64,000 bases of DNA from a virus (IMGVR_UViG_3300028887_000077:64001-128000), one strand, 5' to 3'. Counted from the first letter of the stretch, positions 9,133-18,051 are shown. The notes: generated from the letters alone by a model not told the origin. A program made the numbers and translations.

Positions 9133-9366
9133 ATGGGCAAGAACCGTTGGCCGAGCTGGATGCTAGATTGGATCGCAGCAGATCAACTCTCTCTTGCCGT
9201 TCTGGGCGCCGCTGTTCGTGCAAGACGAACAGAGCTTGGTTGGTCAAAGGAGGAGTTTGCTGATAAAGCCGGGGTCTCTGTTGATAAGATTGATGAGTGG
9301 GAAAGCGGAGAATACGACTTTCTTCTCTCCGAAATCTTTCATCTTGAAAGAGTGCTCGGCGAATAA
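9133..9366 (+). CDS. XRE-family helix-turn-helix protein
   Basis: VRARRTELGWSKEEFADKAGVS..IDEWESG. Confidence 0.85.
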   Translation: MGKNRWPSWMLDWIAADQLSLAVLGAAVRARRTELGWSKEEFADKAGVSVDKIDEWESGEYDFLLSEIFHLERVLGE

Positions 9367-9482
9367 TATTAGGGTGTAGATAATAGACAGGGGCGACGGT
9401 CGTCCCGGAAGGTAGCAAGGTTGGATTCCCCGACCTACAGGTTCGACTCCTGCTGGTGTGCTCTAAAACCTTACTTTTATAT

Positions 9483-9571
9483 GGAGGCATAGCATAGTTG
9501 GTATAGTGCGCCGGAAGATTGCTCGCGAACGATCTCCGGAGACATTGGTTTGAGTCCAGTTGCTTCTTCCC
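9483..9571 (+). ncRNA. tRNA-like RNA with extended anticodon stem and 8-nt loop
   Basis: acceptor GGAGGCA/TGCTTCT, D arm GCAT/GTGC, arm CCGG-A-AGATTG-CTCGCGAA-CGATCT-CCGG, T arm ATTGG-TTTGAGT-CCAGT. Confidence 0.7.
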
Positions 9572-9713
9572 GTAAGTCCACGGAAAGTCCCATGATCAAG
9601 GTAAGCGCGGTGTAAACGCGTGACTTCCGTGGCTGGCCCCAACTATCGGAAAAATAATTCGACAATCGTCGGATTATTTGCATATATACGCGTATTTAAG
9701 AAAGGAGACAAAA

Positions 9714-9971
9714 ATGAAGGTAAACGAGCTTATTTCGATCCTGCAGAAGTGCGATCCGGACCTCGACGTGCTTATGGAAGATTCTCGTACAAGCAACCCA
9801 AACAATGTGATTCCGGTTTCTATGGTGCTTATCGGTGACGACGAATTGTCTAACGCCGTTATCTTCGTGAGAGATCCGGACGAATACGACGACGAGGAAT
9901 ATATGTCCGGCACAGAAGAGCAGAAAGAATATCAGCTTTGCGAAGCCGATCTTCCCCTGGAAACAATGTGA
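9714..9971 (+). CDS. hypothetical protein
   Basis: AAGGAG RBS; MKVNELISILQKCDPDLDV phage-type N-terminus. Confidence 0.8.
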   Translation: MKVNELISILQKCDPDLDVLMEDSRTSNPNNVIPVSMVLIGDDELSNAVIFVRDPDEYDDEEYMSGTEEQKEYQLCEADLPLETM

Positions 9972-9978
9972 GGTACGT

Positions 9979-10680
9979 ATGAACAACACATTCCCTCCTG
10001 TCTCAAAAGAAGAACAAAAAGGATGGACGAACGAAGATCAGAGCCCTGAGCGCGTCGCGATCATGTCGTCTGCTATGTGGGCCGAGTATTACTGCGGCAA
10101 TCAACAGTATGAAGAGGCCAAGCCGTATGTCGAGAAGCTCAGACTGCTTCTGAATAAGGTGTCTCCGGTCGTTCAAAAGAAATGCGGAAATAGCGTGCGC
10201 GTGAACATGCTGGAACGCATAGAGAGCGAGATTGAGATCGTCGACGCGTTTTTGCCAGAGTATAAAGATATATTCCATTACGTCCCCGCAAGAATGTTCG
10301 ACAAATACAGCGACGCATGGACATCAACGCCGTGTTATGAAAAAGATATGGCTGTTTTATGCAGCGTAAAATCTAATGGATATATGAACAGAGCCACGAC
10401 CAACGTGATGTGTGTTCATTCATATCGTCCAATGCTTTATATACACGCGGCGCCAGAAGACGTTGGGAGTGTGTTTGAGTTTGGCAACAGGGAGTTTGAG
10501 ATTGTTTCTGAAAGCTACGCCTTCTGCACAACGGATGTCGGAAAAGGAGTGTACGCATATCCGGACAATGAAGAACCAAAACTGTTCGATTACGATAATT
10601 CTATCGCCAAAGTGGTGGTAGACATGTGGTTTAAACGAGCCGTCCAGGGTGACGATCTGTCTAATTTTAGGCTGAATTGA
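9979..10680 (+). CDS. hypothetical protein; C-terminus paralogous to 4133..4609
   Basis: VGSVFEFGNREFEIVS..AFCTTDVG..DYDNS..VDMWF matches VGDSIIFNDKEFEVIS..AFCKTDIG..DYEKS..VDWWF. Confidence 0.8.
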   Translation: MNNTFPPVSKEEQKGWTNEDQSPERVAIMSSAMWAEYYCGNQQYEEAKPYVEKLRLLLNKVSPVVQKKCGNSVRVNMLERIESEIEIVDAFLPEYKDIFHYVPARMFDKYSDAWTSTPCYEKDMAVLCSVKSNGYMNRATTNVMCVHSYRPMLYIHAAPEDVGSVFEFGNREFEIVSESYAFCTTDVGKGVYAYPDNEEPKLFDYDNSIAKVVVDMWFKRAVQGDDLSNFRLN

Positions 10681-10952
10681 CTACGAAAAAACCAAATAAA
10701 AGAATCATTTTATTAAATCAGATTTCCAGTAAAATCAAGGGGTTTTCGGAGGCACGTTTTATGTGATTTTTGGCAGCCCGAAGATCCGGCGAGGTTCATA
10801 TAAGCGAAAACGATACTATTAACCAAATCCGAGAATTTTGATTGTTGCGGAGTGCTTGAAAATAAGAGTGTCAAAACATCAAAAATATCGGATTTGGTTA
10901 CTTTCATTTTAATAGGGGGGGGCGTGGCGAAACCGGCATACGCATCAGACTC

Positions 10953-11339
10953 ATGATCTATACAACATATTTTGCTAACCTTAAACGACTTCATGGTATA
11001 ACACCAATCGCAATCTGTGCCAAGCCACCGGCTGGATACAACGGGCTATGTTACAGGCGTTTGGCGCCCTCATATGCGACATTAATGGCATACAAGACAA
11101 TTACCGACCAAGATGCGTACATCAAGAGTTATAACGAATCGGTTCTCTCACAACTCGATCCGGTCCGCGTCGTACGCGAATTGTCTGCTCTGTCCCAGAC
11201 AGAAGACTTTGCTTTGGTGTGTTATGAGAGGCCAGACGCTTTCTGCCATAGACATCTTGTGAGAGAGTGGCTGATTCAAAACGGATTCGAATGTGAAGAA
11301 TATCCAAATCAAACTAATAATGGAGGAAACAATGGGTAA
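10953..11339 (+). CDS. DUF488-like protein
   Basis: MIYTTYF..LAPS..LVCYE..FCHRHLV. Confidence 0.8.
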   Translation: MIYTTYFANLKRLHGITPIAICAKPPAGYNGLCYRRLAPSYATLMAYKTITDQDAYIKSYNESVLSQLDPVRVVRELSALSQTEDFALVCYERPDAFCHRHLVREWLIQNGFECEEYPNQTNNGGNNG

Positions 11340-11898
11340 TAAACTTCCGATTGTGGTAAACCTTTTCGCAGGCCCCGGAGCCGGTAAAAGCACCGGCGCG
11401 GCATACATCTTCGCAGAGCTAAAGATCGCGAATGTGAATGCAGAGCTCGTTACAGAGTTTGCCAAAGACCTTGTGTGGCAGCAAGACATGACGGCACTGA
11501 AGAACCAGATCTATGTTCTTGGCAACCAGAGCCTTAGGCTGTCTAGATGTATCGACAAGGTCGATGTGATTGTAACAGACAGTCCGTTGTTAATGAATTG
11601 TACATATTGTTCACAGGACGAACCCTATTATGAGAGCTTTCAGAATGTTGTTTATAGTGATTGGTCGAAGTATAATAACTACAATTTCTTTATTAAGAGG
11701 GTAAAGCCATATAAAAAGGTCGGGCGCCTTCAAGACGAAGAGGGTGCGAAGATCAAAGATGCAGAGATAGCAGGTTGCCTGAATAAGTTTAACGAAAAAT
11801 TTGAATATGTTCCCGGAGATAAAAACGGGTATGACTACATCGTAAAAAAGATTCTTTGCGCTGTTAACAACATTAAGAACGAGGAGGAAAGAAAATGA
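11332..11898 (+). CDS. P-loop NTPase, NadR/AAA_28-like nucleotide kinase
   Basis: NLFAGPGAGKST Walker A; ELVTEFAKDLVW; IVTDSPL. Confidence 0.85.
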   Translation: MGNKLPIVVNLFAGPGAGKSTGAAYIFAELKIANVNAELVTEFAKDLVWQQDMTALKNQIYVLGNQSLRLSRCIDKVDVIVTDSPLLMNCTYCSQDEPYYESFQNVVYSDWSKYNNYNFFIKRVKPYKKVGRLQDEEGAKIKDAEIAGCLNKFNEKFEYVPGDKNGYDYIVKKILCAVNNIKNEEERK

Positions 11899-12464
11899 AG
11901 AAGTGCATGTACTGCCAAAAGTTCCCGGATAAAAAGTGCCACTGCCTCGCATACACGAAGGCGAAAAGAAAAGACGGAATGGGCTGGCTTCACTATCCGG
12001 AGTGCTGTAAAGAAAAGTGCCCGATCGAGAACCCGGATCTTCTTGAGGGCGCCGATTTTGTGTCCGATAATAAAAATCCGATCCGCAAAAGGATGTATCG
12101 GAAGCAACTTAAAAAGTGTCGAAAGGAGCTGAAAAGAATAGCCAAAACATATGGCGCATTCGATTTTGGCTGGTTGCTCGACATGATGGAGGTTATTTTT
12201 AAAAACTGGGCGCAGTATTATACGCTTGGTTATAACGTTGCCGCCGTCGAACGTTGCGACCTGGCCGATGATTATATTAACAGCGACGACGAAAAGCAGA
12301 GGGATCTGGCAAAGAAGTTTAAAGACATTCCTCGAAGAAGAGAAGTCGCCAAAGTCCTTCTGGAAAAGGTGCGCCTTCTTAAAAACTGGGAAACCGACAC
12401 AAGAGAAAACTTCCAGTCGTTTGGAGAATATCTCGGTAGCTGGCTCCCTTACATGTGGGATTAA
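11895..12464 (+). CDS. hypothetical protein
   Basis: GGAGG RBS, ATGA overlap. Confidence 0.75.
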   Translation: MKKCMYCQKFPDKKCHCLAYTKAKRKDGMGWLHYPECCKEKCPIENPDLLEGADFVSDNKNPIRKRMYRKQLKKCRKELKRIAKTYGAFDFGWLLDMMEVIFKNWAQYYTLGYNVAAVERCDLADDYINSDDEKQRDLAKKFKDIPRRREVAKVLLEKVRLLKNWETDTRENFQSFGEYLGSWLPYMWD

Positions 12465-12479
12465 AATTTTCGCAGGGTC

Positions 12480-12508
12480 TTGACAAACATATGCCCTTGT
12501 GGTATACT
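12480..12508 (+). promoter_or_regulatory. sigmaA promoter
   Basis: TTGACA-17-TATACT with TG. Confidence 0.85.
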
Positions 12509-12521
12509 ATAGGAGGTAAAG

Positions 12522-12836
12522 ATGATTAATCAAAAAGTTAGAGACTATCTCAACGAAACAGTAAATGAATGTATTATCTTCGAAGACCCGTCGTTCGACA
12601 ACAGTATTATAGGTGTTTCTGACGATGGAAAACACGTCATATACGACTATGAGAAAATGGTCAAGGAATTTGTTAACGATAACAATATTTCAGACGATGA
12701 CGGTGAGGGAGTTATGGAAGCTGTAGATTTTATTGACTACAATACGATCCGGGCTCTTAATTATATGAGCGACGATAATAAGCCTATCGTGGTTATGGAT
12801 ACGCCGCAATTTGAATCTCTTGTCAAGGAGGGATAA
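12522..12836 (+). CDS. conserved phage hypothetical protein
   Basis: AGGAGG RBS; FDNSIIG..IYDYEKM..EAVDFIDYNTIR. Confidence 0.85.
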   Translation: MINQKVRDYLNETVNECIIFEDPSFDNSIIGVSDDGKHVIYDYEKMVKEFVNDNNISDDDGEGVMEAVDFIDYNTIRALNYMSDDNKPIVVMDTPQFESLVKEG

Positions 12837-12859
12837 TGCCGCGGAAACGTGGCGTTTAC

Positions 12860-12948
<89 letters not shown>

Positions 12949-13120
12949 ATCAATATGTCGGTTATAGTATTGGTATTAATATGGCTCGTTCTTGCTGTTG
13001 TATATCTTATTGTGAGATATGTCAACAGAAGAAAACATATCGGAAGAGCATTAAGAAGAAGACGGTATAAGAGATGAATACTGTTTTAGAGATTATTTTT
13101 GAGGATGGTGAAAAGAATAA

Positions 13121-13363
13121 ATGAGTTATCCGAAGCCTTATAATATGGATCATTGTTACTATAAGATACGAAGACGCGGAACAGAGCAAAGGGTTTGCTT
13201 TTCCGATCTTACCTATCAAGAAAGGGAACAGGTTCTTGCCAACCACGATAAGGAGTCACTGATCCGGCTCGCTTGTCATCTTGGCGAATGTTTACATAAC
13301 GCCGGAGCATCAACGGCGATCCTTAGAGCGCTTGTGTCTAATAAAACCGATGAGGAGGAATAA
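13121..13363 (+). CDS. hypothetical protein
   Basis: ORF tiles operon. Confidence 0.7.
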   Translation: MSYPKPYNMDHCYYKIRRRGTEQRVCFSDLTYQEREQVLANHDKESLIRLACHLGECLHNAGASTAILRALVSNKTDEEE

Positions 13364-14140
13364 ATGTTTCATCAATACAAAGAACATGAAAACGGAGAGG
13401 TAAAAGACGGTAAGGGCCGTTGGATATACGCGACAAAATCTTGGGCTGCTCATTATGCAGACGAAGAGCTTTGGACAATTAAAAATAACGGTAGGGGCAT
13501 TCCGTCTGGAGGGGTTGTTGGGAGACGGGTAGACTTTTGGGACGAATATGGCGAAGATTTTAATGAATATCTTGCTTGTTCTGATCGGTGTCGTACCTGC
13601 TTTTTTACGCTTCCGGAAACATATCGCAAAAAAACCGTATTAACAATTCATAATATGAACGATCTCAATGCAGCATTTGAGAAATATCAGATTTCTTATG
13701 CAAAACTGATCGTTGAAGCGGTTAATATTATGGTCTTTGACTGGGAAAAACTTTCTCAGGACTATATCGCGCTTGAGTATATTCCGGAGAAAGAAGAAGA
13801 TCTTGAGGTTCAAAATCGAACAAAATGGTTCCCGGGTATGATTGTATCCTTTGATTGGAAATCTCTTTATCCGGTAGACCTTCCCAAGGATAAGATTTGT
13901 CGGTTTACATGCGATATTGAAATTGGCGATGTTGTTTGGTTCAGGAGTGCCGGAGAAACGAAACAGATTGAGGTTACGCGAAACAATATCTGTATCGTAA
14001 AAATTATGTGGGGAAACCAATTCTATATGTCTCCACAGATGCCTGGGTCTGAAAAAGCGCCGTATCGAGACGAGTTTGGAAGAATCGATTGGTTGTTCTT
14101 TACGCCGCACAATCTCGAGCAGCTTGAGAACGCAAACTGA
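13364..14140 (+). CDS. hypothetical protein
   Basis: GGAGG RBS, 258 aa. Confidence 0.8.
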   Translation: MFHQYKEHENGEVKDGKGRWIYATKSWAAHYADEELWTIKNNGRGIPSGGVVGRRVDFWDEYGEDFNEYLACSDRCRTCFFTLPETYRKKTVLTIHNMNDLNAAFEKYQISYAKLIVEAVNIMVFDWEKLSQDYIALEYIPEKEEDLEVQNRTKWFPGMIVSFDWKSLYPVDLPKDKICRFTCDIEIGDVVWFRSAGETKQIEVTRNNICIVKIMWGNQFYMSPQMPGSEKAPYRDEFGRIDWLFFTPHNLEQLENAN

Positions 14141-14626
14141 CTTTTCAATAGAATTTTGACCCTAAAAACACAACTTTTCAAATTTTGCATAGCATAAATA
14201 CGAAAATAGTGCCAAGGTGGCACCAAAACACATATTTTTATGGTGCCAAGCGGTGATTCCGTCGCTCCCCGGCAGCGGCTAGTCATATATAGATTACATT
14301 TTTCCATGAGAAAACTGAGGTCAAAATCACATTTTTCCACGAGATAAGACTGCGGGGCGCATGCTGGGGATGTGCCTTTTATAGAACCGTAAAAAATCCA
14401 TATGGAATGTTTATAACAACCAACATATCATAAATGTTTGCGGATGGTTTAATTTATATAAAATATAAATTAAAAACTTCAGTTGGATTTGGTATTGGTT
14501 TGGGGTAGTTTTCATATGGTATATGTCGTTTTCGGGGTAAAATTGATGTCTTTTATTCTGTTTTTTATATAAAAACAGCCCATTTTGGTGGTTCTGAAAG
14601 GTTTTTGATTTTTTTCTTAAAACCAC

Positions 14627-14655
14627 TTGACAAACTAAACATCATGTGTTATAAT
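14627..14655 (+). promoter_or_regulatory. sigmaA promoter for tRNA-Leu/fMet/Pro cluster
   Basis: TTGACA-17-TATAAT with TG. Confidence 0.9.
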
Positions 14656-14711
14656 GGTCGTGCAAATGAAAGAGACGCCGGTGTGGTGGAACTGGAAGAC
14701 ACAGGGGACTT

Positions 14712-15368
14712 CAAAGGGAGGTAATTGATATCGGTGGCTGTTTATGACGGATGGGATGTTTATGGTCCGTATGTTCGGGCAGACAAAAGACAACATGTTG
14801 TACTCGTATTACACGATGAAAACGGGTCGATTGTAAAAAGGCGGACTATTAGCTATCCAAAATATCTTGTTGAAAAATATTTAGACAGATATTTAAATTC
14901 GGAAGAAACGGTTGACCACATCGATGGTGATTTTTCAAACAACTCGCTTGAAAATCTTCGTGTTGTACTAAGGAGCCTACACGCAAAAAGCCATGCTTCT
15001 AAGAGACAAACGGTGCAGGTACAATGTTTGATTTGTGGAAAAACATTTGTTACCAACAATATCAACAGGGTATGCTGCGGCGATAAGCATTGCGTTGGAA
15101 AGCTCTCTCATGTAAACGGGTATAACCTTGGATATGAGTTTGTTAAAAAATCAAACATTCTTTTACCACCAAACAGGAGCCTGATTGAAGAAATTCAATC
15201 AGTGGAGGGCGCTAATTCGGGGAAGTCGTTGGTCGATAATCCCGAGCAATAAGCAACTTGCTTAGTGTGTAGAGACTTTACACGCCCTACCTAAATCTTA
15301 AAGACAAGGTAAAGAGAAAGTCCGGACCACAAACCAAGTAATTGGGTAGCGAAAACTATAGTGGTAAG
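14712..15368 (+). mobile_element. group I intron with HNH endonuclease ORF
   Basis: exon ends in U, intron ends in G; core elements AATTCGGGGAA, AATCCCGAGC, GTAGAGACTTTAC, AAGAGAAAGTCC. Confidence 0.9.
14725..15252 (+). CDS. intron-encoded HNH homing endonuclease
   Basis: ETVDHIDGDFSNNSLENL HNH motif, C-terminal CLIC/CCGDKHC Zn motif; GGAGG RBS with TTG start. Confidence 0.85.
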   Translation: MISVAVYDGWDVYGPYVRADKRQHVVLVLHDENGSIVKRRTISYPKYLVEKYLDRYLNSEETVDHIDGDFSNNSLENLRVVLRSLHAKSHASKRQTVQVQCLICGKTFVTNNINRVCCGDKHCVGKLSHVNGYNLGYEFVKKSNILLPPNRSLIEEIQSVEGANSGKSLVDNPEQ

Positions 15369-15448
15369 AAAATCCCTAGGCTCAAAGGCTGTACGGGTTC
15401 GAGCCCCGTCACCGGTACCATATAGCAGCGCGGAAAGGAGATACTGAG

Positions 15449-15667
15449 ATGAAGTTTTCTAAGGAGAAAATGATCGAGCGAATTACCCGCGAAGGACGCA
15501 AAGAAATGATCGATGAGAATGTCATGAAAATTATGGACAATCTTGACGGTCAGGCAGCCTCAGATCTGGCTGGCCGATGGGTGCGTCATGTGATAGGTAA
15601 ACCTGTCGTGTGGGTTATCGGAAAGGACGGAAGGGGAGAGTACGTTCTCGAGGAGGATTGCGTATAA
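15449..15667 (+). CDS. hypothetical protein
   Basis: AAGGAG RBS. Confidence 0.75.
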   Translation: MKFSKEKMIERITREGRKEMIDENVMKIMDNLDGQAASDLAGRWVRHVIGKPVVWVIGKDGRGEYVLEEDCV

Positions 15668-15688
15668 TAAGTCTAAGGACGATTTTAT

Positions 15689-15764
15689 AGCGGGGTGGAG
15701 CAGTCGGTAGCTTGTCGGGTTCATAACCCGAAGGTCGTAGGTTCGAGTCCTGCCCCCGCCACCA
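15689..15764 (+). tRNA. initiator tRNA-fMet(CAT)
   Basis: 1:72 mismatch (A.C), three G-C pairs closing anticodon stem (TCGGG/CCCGA), CCA. Confidence 0.95.
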
Positions 15765-15948
15765 ATACGGAATGCCATAGCGGGCCCCGAATGCGAGGGT
15801 TTGTTGCGTGTGTGGATGGCAAATGCGACTAAGCGTGGTTGGGGTCGCCGCAGAGAGAACTGCGTGTTCTGCAGAACTAAACAAACTCAAGTTTGGGTGT
15901 ATCGACAATCGGACGCGTACTTTTGTTGGTACACCCGGATGAAATTAT

Positions 15949-16024
15949 CGAGGTGTAGCTCAGCTGGCAGAGCACCGGTCTTGGGGTCCGGGTTGCGGGG
16001 GTTCGAGTCCCTTCACTTCGACCA
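15949..16024 (+). tRNA. tRNA-Pro(TGG)
   Basis: CGAGGTG/CACTTCG acceptor, CT-TGG-GG loop, CCA. Confidence 0.9.
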
Positions 16025-16026
16025 GG

Positions 16027-16349
16027 GGCAACTATGCCTGTCGTCAAAAAATAGTAGGTTTCTCCCGTCTTTCCGTAATAAGATCGTTTTCTACATAGCG
16101 GCAGTACCGATGCCCGACGCTATGGTCTTAGTAGCAAGATGGTTGACACCCGCTAAATTGGGATCTCGGTTTGGAAGCGCCGGTAAAAGCGTAATAGTGA
16201 CTGCAGAGCTATTACGTGTCTTCCACTCATATGGGTAAGCAACGGCAACTCCGTTGTAAACCCACCAGGCCATCGTGGATAGTCGGTCCCGGAGATAGTT
16301 GGAAGGTCACGCTCTACAAATACCTTTGTCTATCGGAATAACTGTTGCC
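16027..16349 (+). ncRNA. candidate large structured ncRNA, family unknown
   Basis: closing helix GGCAAC/GTTGCC plus about ten nested helices; no RBS-led ORF. Confidence 0.5.
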
Positions 16350-16415
16350 ACGCAGGAAAACCGATGCAGGGTCCTTTTCGAAGAACCTAAAAAATAAATC
16401 CAAGGAGGCGTTGTC

Positions 16416-17615
16416 ATGAAGAAAACCACTACTCGTTATTACCTCGACAACGCTGCCGGAGAGCCGTTACGCAAAGAGGCCATTGAGGCGATGATCCTCT
16501 GCATGGAAAAGTACGGAAACGGCGAATATTCCAACCCTTCTAACATCATGGCTATCTCGGGCAATAGCGCGAGCAGGGCCATGACGGAAGCCAGAGCCTC
16601 GATTGCTTCGTGCATCGGGGCTCTTCCAGAAGAAATTACCTTTACCTCCGGTGGCACAGAATCCAACAACATCGTCATTCACTCCGCGGTTAAACAAGGC
16701 CTCGTTAAAACACACAATCCGCACGTTGTCGTTTCTGCTATCGAACACAAGTCGGTTCTTGAGGCTGTGAAAAATATTACCGCCGAGTACGAGGGGTCTT
16801 ATACGGTCGTTCCGTGCCCAGACGGAGTGGTTGACGTTGATATTCTTGCAAACGCGATCTCCGAAAACACCTGCCTTGTTGCGGTTATGATGGTAAACAA
16901 CGAGGTTGGAACTGTTCAGCCGATTAAAGAGGTCGCAAAGATTTGTTCTGCGAACAAGGTTCCGTTCCTTGTGGACGCTGTACAGGCCGTGGGGCACATG
17001 CCAATCGACGTCAAAGACCTTGGGATTACTTATCTTTCGGCATCCGGGCACAAGTTTGGTGCGCCGGCCGGTACGGGGTTCCTGTGGCACAAGAAAGGCG
17101 CCGCACTGATGCGCTTTTCATATGGCGGTGGTCAGGAGGGCGGATATCGCCCCGGCACCGAGAACCTCGTAGGTATCGTCGGTATGGAAGCCGCGCTTTG
17201 CGCATCGCTCAAAGACTATGCAGACAATTATGAGGATTTGCTTTACACAAACTCCTACATACGTGATAAGGTCAGGGCGAAAATTCCAGACTGTATCATC
17301 AACGGAGAAAACTCTCCGTGTATTCCGACGACGATCAGCTTGTCCTTCAAAGACATCGACGGACCGGGTCTTTCGCTCCGTTTAAACCTTGCCGGATTCA
17401 CCGTTTCCAACGGATCGGCGTGTAACGCGTCCTCTAAGACCGCTTCTCACGTTCTCAAGGCGATGAAGATACCGAAGGATTATATCGGAGGAACAATCAG
17501 GATCTCATTTGCCTCGCACAACATGAAAACGGCAGACCTCGCAAAGGATCTGGTAACAGAACTTACCGAATCCGTGGCTAAGCTACGGTCGTTCAAGACA
17601 AAAGGAGACAAGTAA
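16416..17615 (+). CDS. iscS: IscS/NifS-type cysteine desulfurase (PLP-dependent)
   Basis: YLDNAA, FTSGGTESNN, IEHKSV, VNNEVG, DAVQAVG, SGHKFG (PLP lysine), RPGTEN, NGSAC (catalytic Cys). Confidence 0.95.
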   Translation: MKKTTTRYYLDNAAGEPLRKEAIEAMILCMEKYGNGEYSNPSNIMAISGNSASRAMTEARASIASCIGALPEEITFTSGGTESNNIVIHSAVKQGLVKTHNPHVVVSAIEHKSVLEAVKNITAEYEGSYTVVPCPDGVVDVDILANAISENTCLVAVMMVNNEVGTVQPIKEVAKICSANKVPFLVDAVQAVGHMPIDVKDLGITYLSASGHKFGAPAGTGFLWHKKGAALMRFSYGGGQEGGYRPGTENLVGIVGMEAALCASLKDYADNYEDLLYTNSYIRDKVRAKIPDCIINGENSPCIPTTISLSFKDIDGPGLSLRLNLAGFTVSNGSACNASSKTASHVLKAMKIPKDYIGGTIRISFASHNMKTADLAKDLVTELTESVAKLRSFKTKGDK

Positions 17616-17854
17616 TGAAAAGCCAAAACTATTTTCTCCCCACCAGTCCCGACGACGAAGTTTACGTCATTCATTCCGGACTTGGCGGTATTCACATTCT
17701 TAAGGATCGCGTTTTGTGGGTCGTGATCGACAAACACGGCATCTTTTTCAACACCACATATATCTGCAACGGCACATGGTTTGTCGACGTATTTCCCACC
17801 GAGGACGACGCCCGTCAATACGCGGCCGAACACAACGTAGAACTTGACGATTAA
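17615..17854 (+). CDS. hypothetical protein (LPCxxGDxVY-type family)
   Basis: FLPTSPDDEVYVI..WFVDVFPTEDDA. Confidence 0.75.
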   Translation: MKSQNYFLPTSPDDEVYVIHSGLGGIHILKDRVLWVVIDKHGIFFNTTYICNGTWFVDVFPTEDDARQYAAEHNVELDD

Positions 17855-17871
17855 AAGGAGGAGCTTATCTG

Positions 17872-18051
17872 ATGAAAGATCTCGAAAAGACCATTAAACA
17901 TTTCGTGTCTCAGCAAAAGAGATACATGACGCAGCACGACGGGAAGCGCTGCGAGCGGATCGACGACGCACTCGAAGCTCTGAGATATTTCAATGCGGTT
18001 GTTTACGACAAGCCGAGCTTCGTTGAAGAACGGTTGAAGAAGGACGCCTGA
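17872..18051 (+). CDS. small hypothetical protein
   Basis: AAGGAGG RBS; read manually, 59 aa. Confidence 0.65.
   Translation: MKDLEKTIKHFVSQQKRYMTQHDGKRCERIDDALEALRYFNAVVYDKPSFVEERLKKDA

Larger units (their letters stand above)
14677..15420 (+). tRNA. tRNA-Leu(TAA) split by group I intron (exons 14677..14711 and 15369..15420)
   Basis: joined exons give GCCGGTG/CACCGGT acceptor, GGGGA-CT-TAA-AA-TCCCT anticodon arm, variable arm, T arm, ACCA. Confidence 0.9.

Noticed and set aside
9371-9454. tRNA-Sec (selC)
   Set aside because: The T arm is similar, but there is no UCA anticodon loop and no proper acceptor/CCA end.
15801-16238. 145-aa ORF across the tRNA cluster
   Set aside because: Overlaps tRNA-Pro and structured spacers; no RBS.
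16416-17615. Dnd/Ssp phosphorothioation system
   Set aside because: Only the desulfurase is present; no DndC/D/E or Ssp homologs are recognisable in the window.
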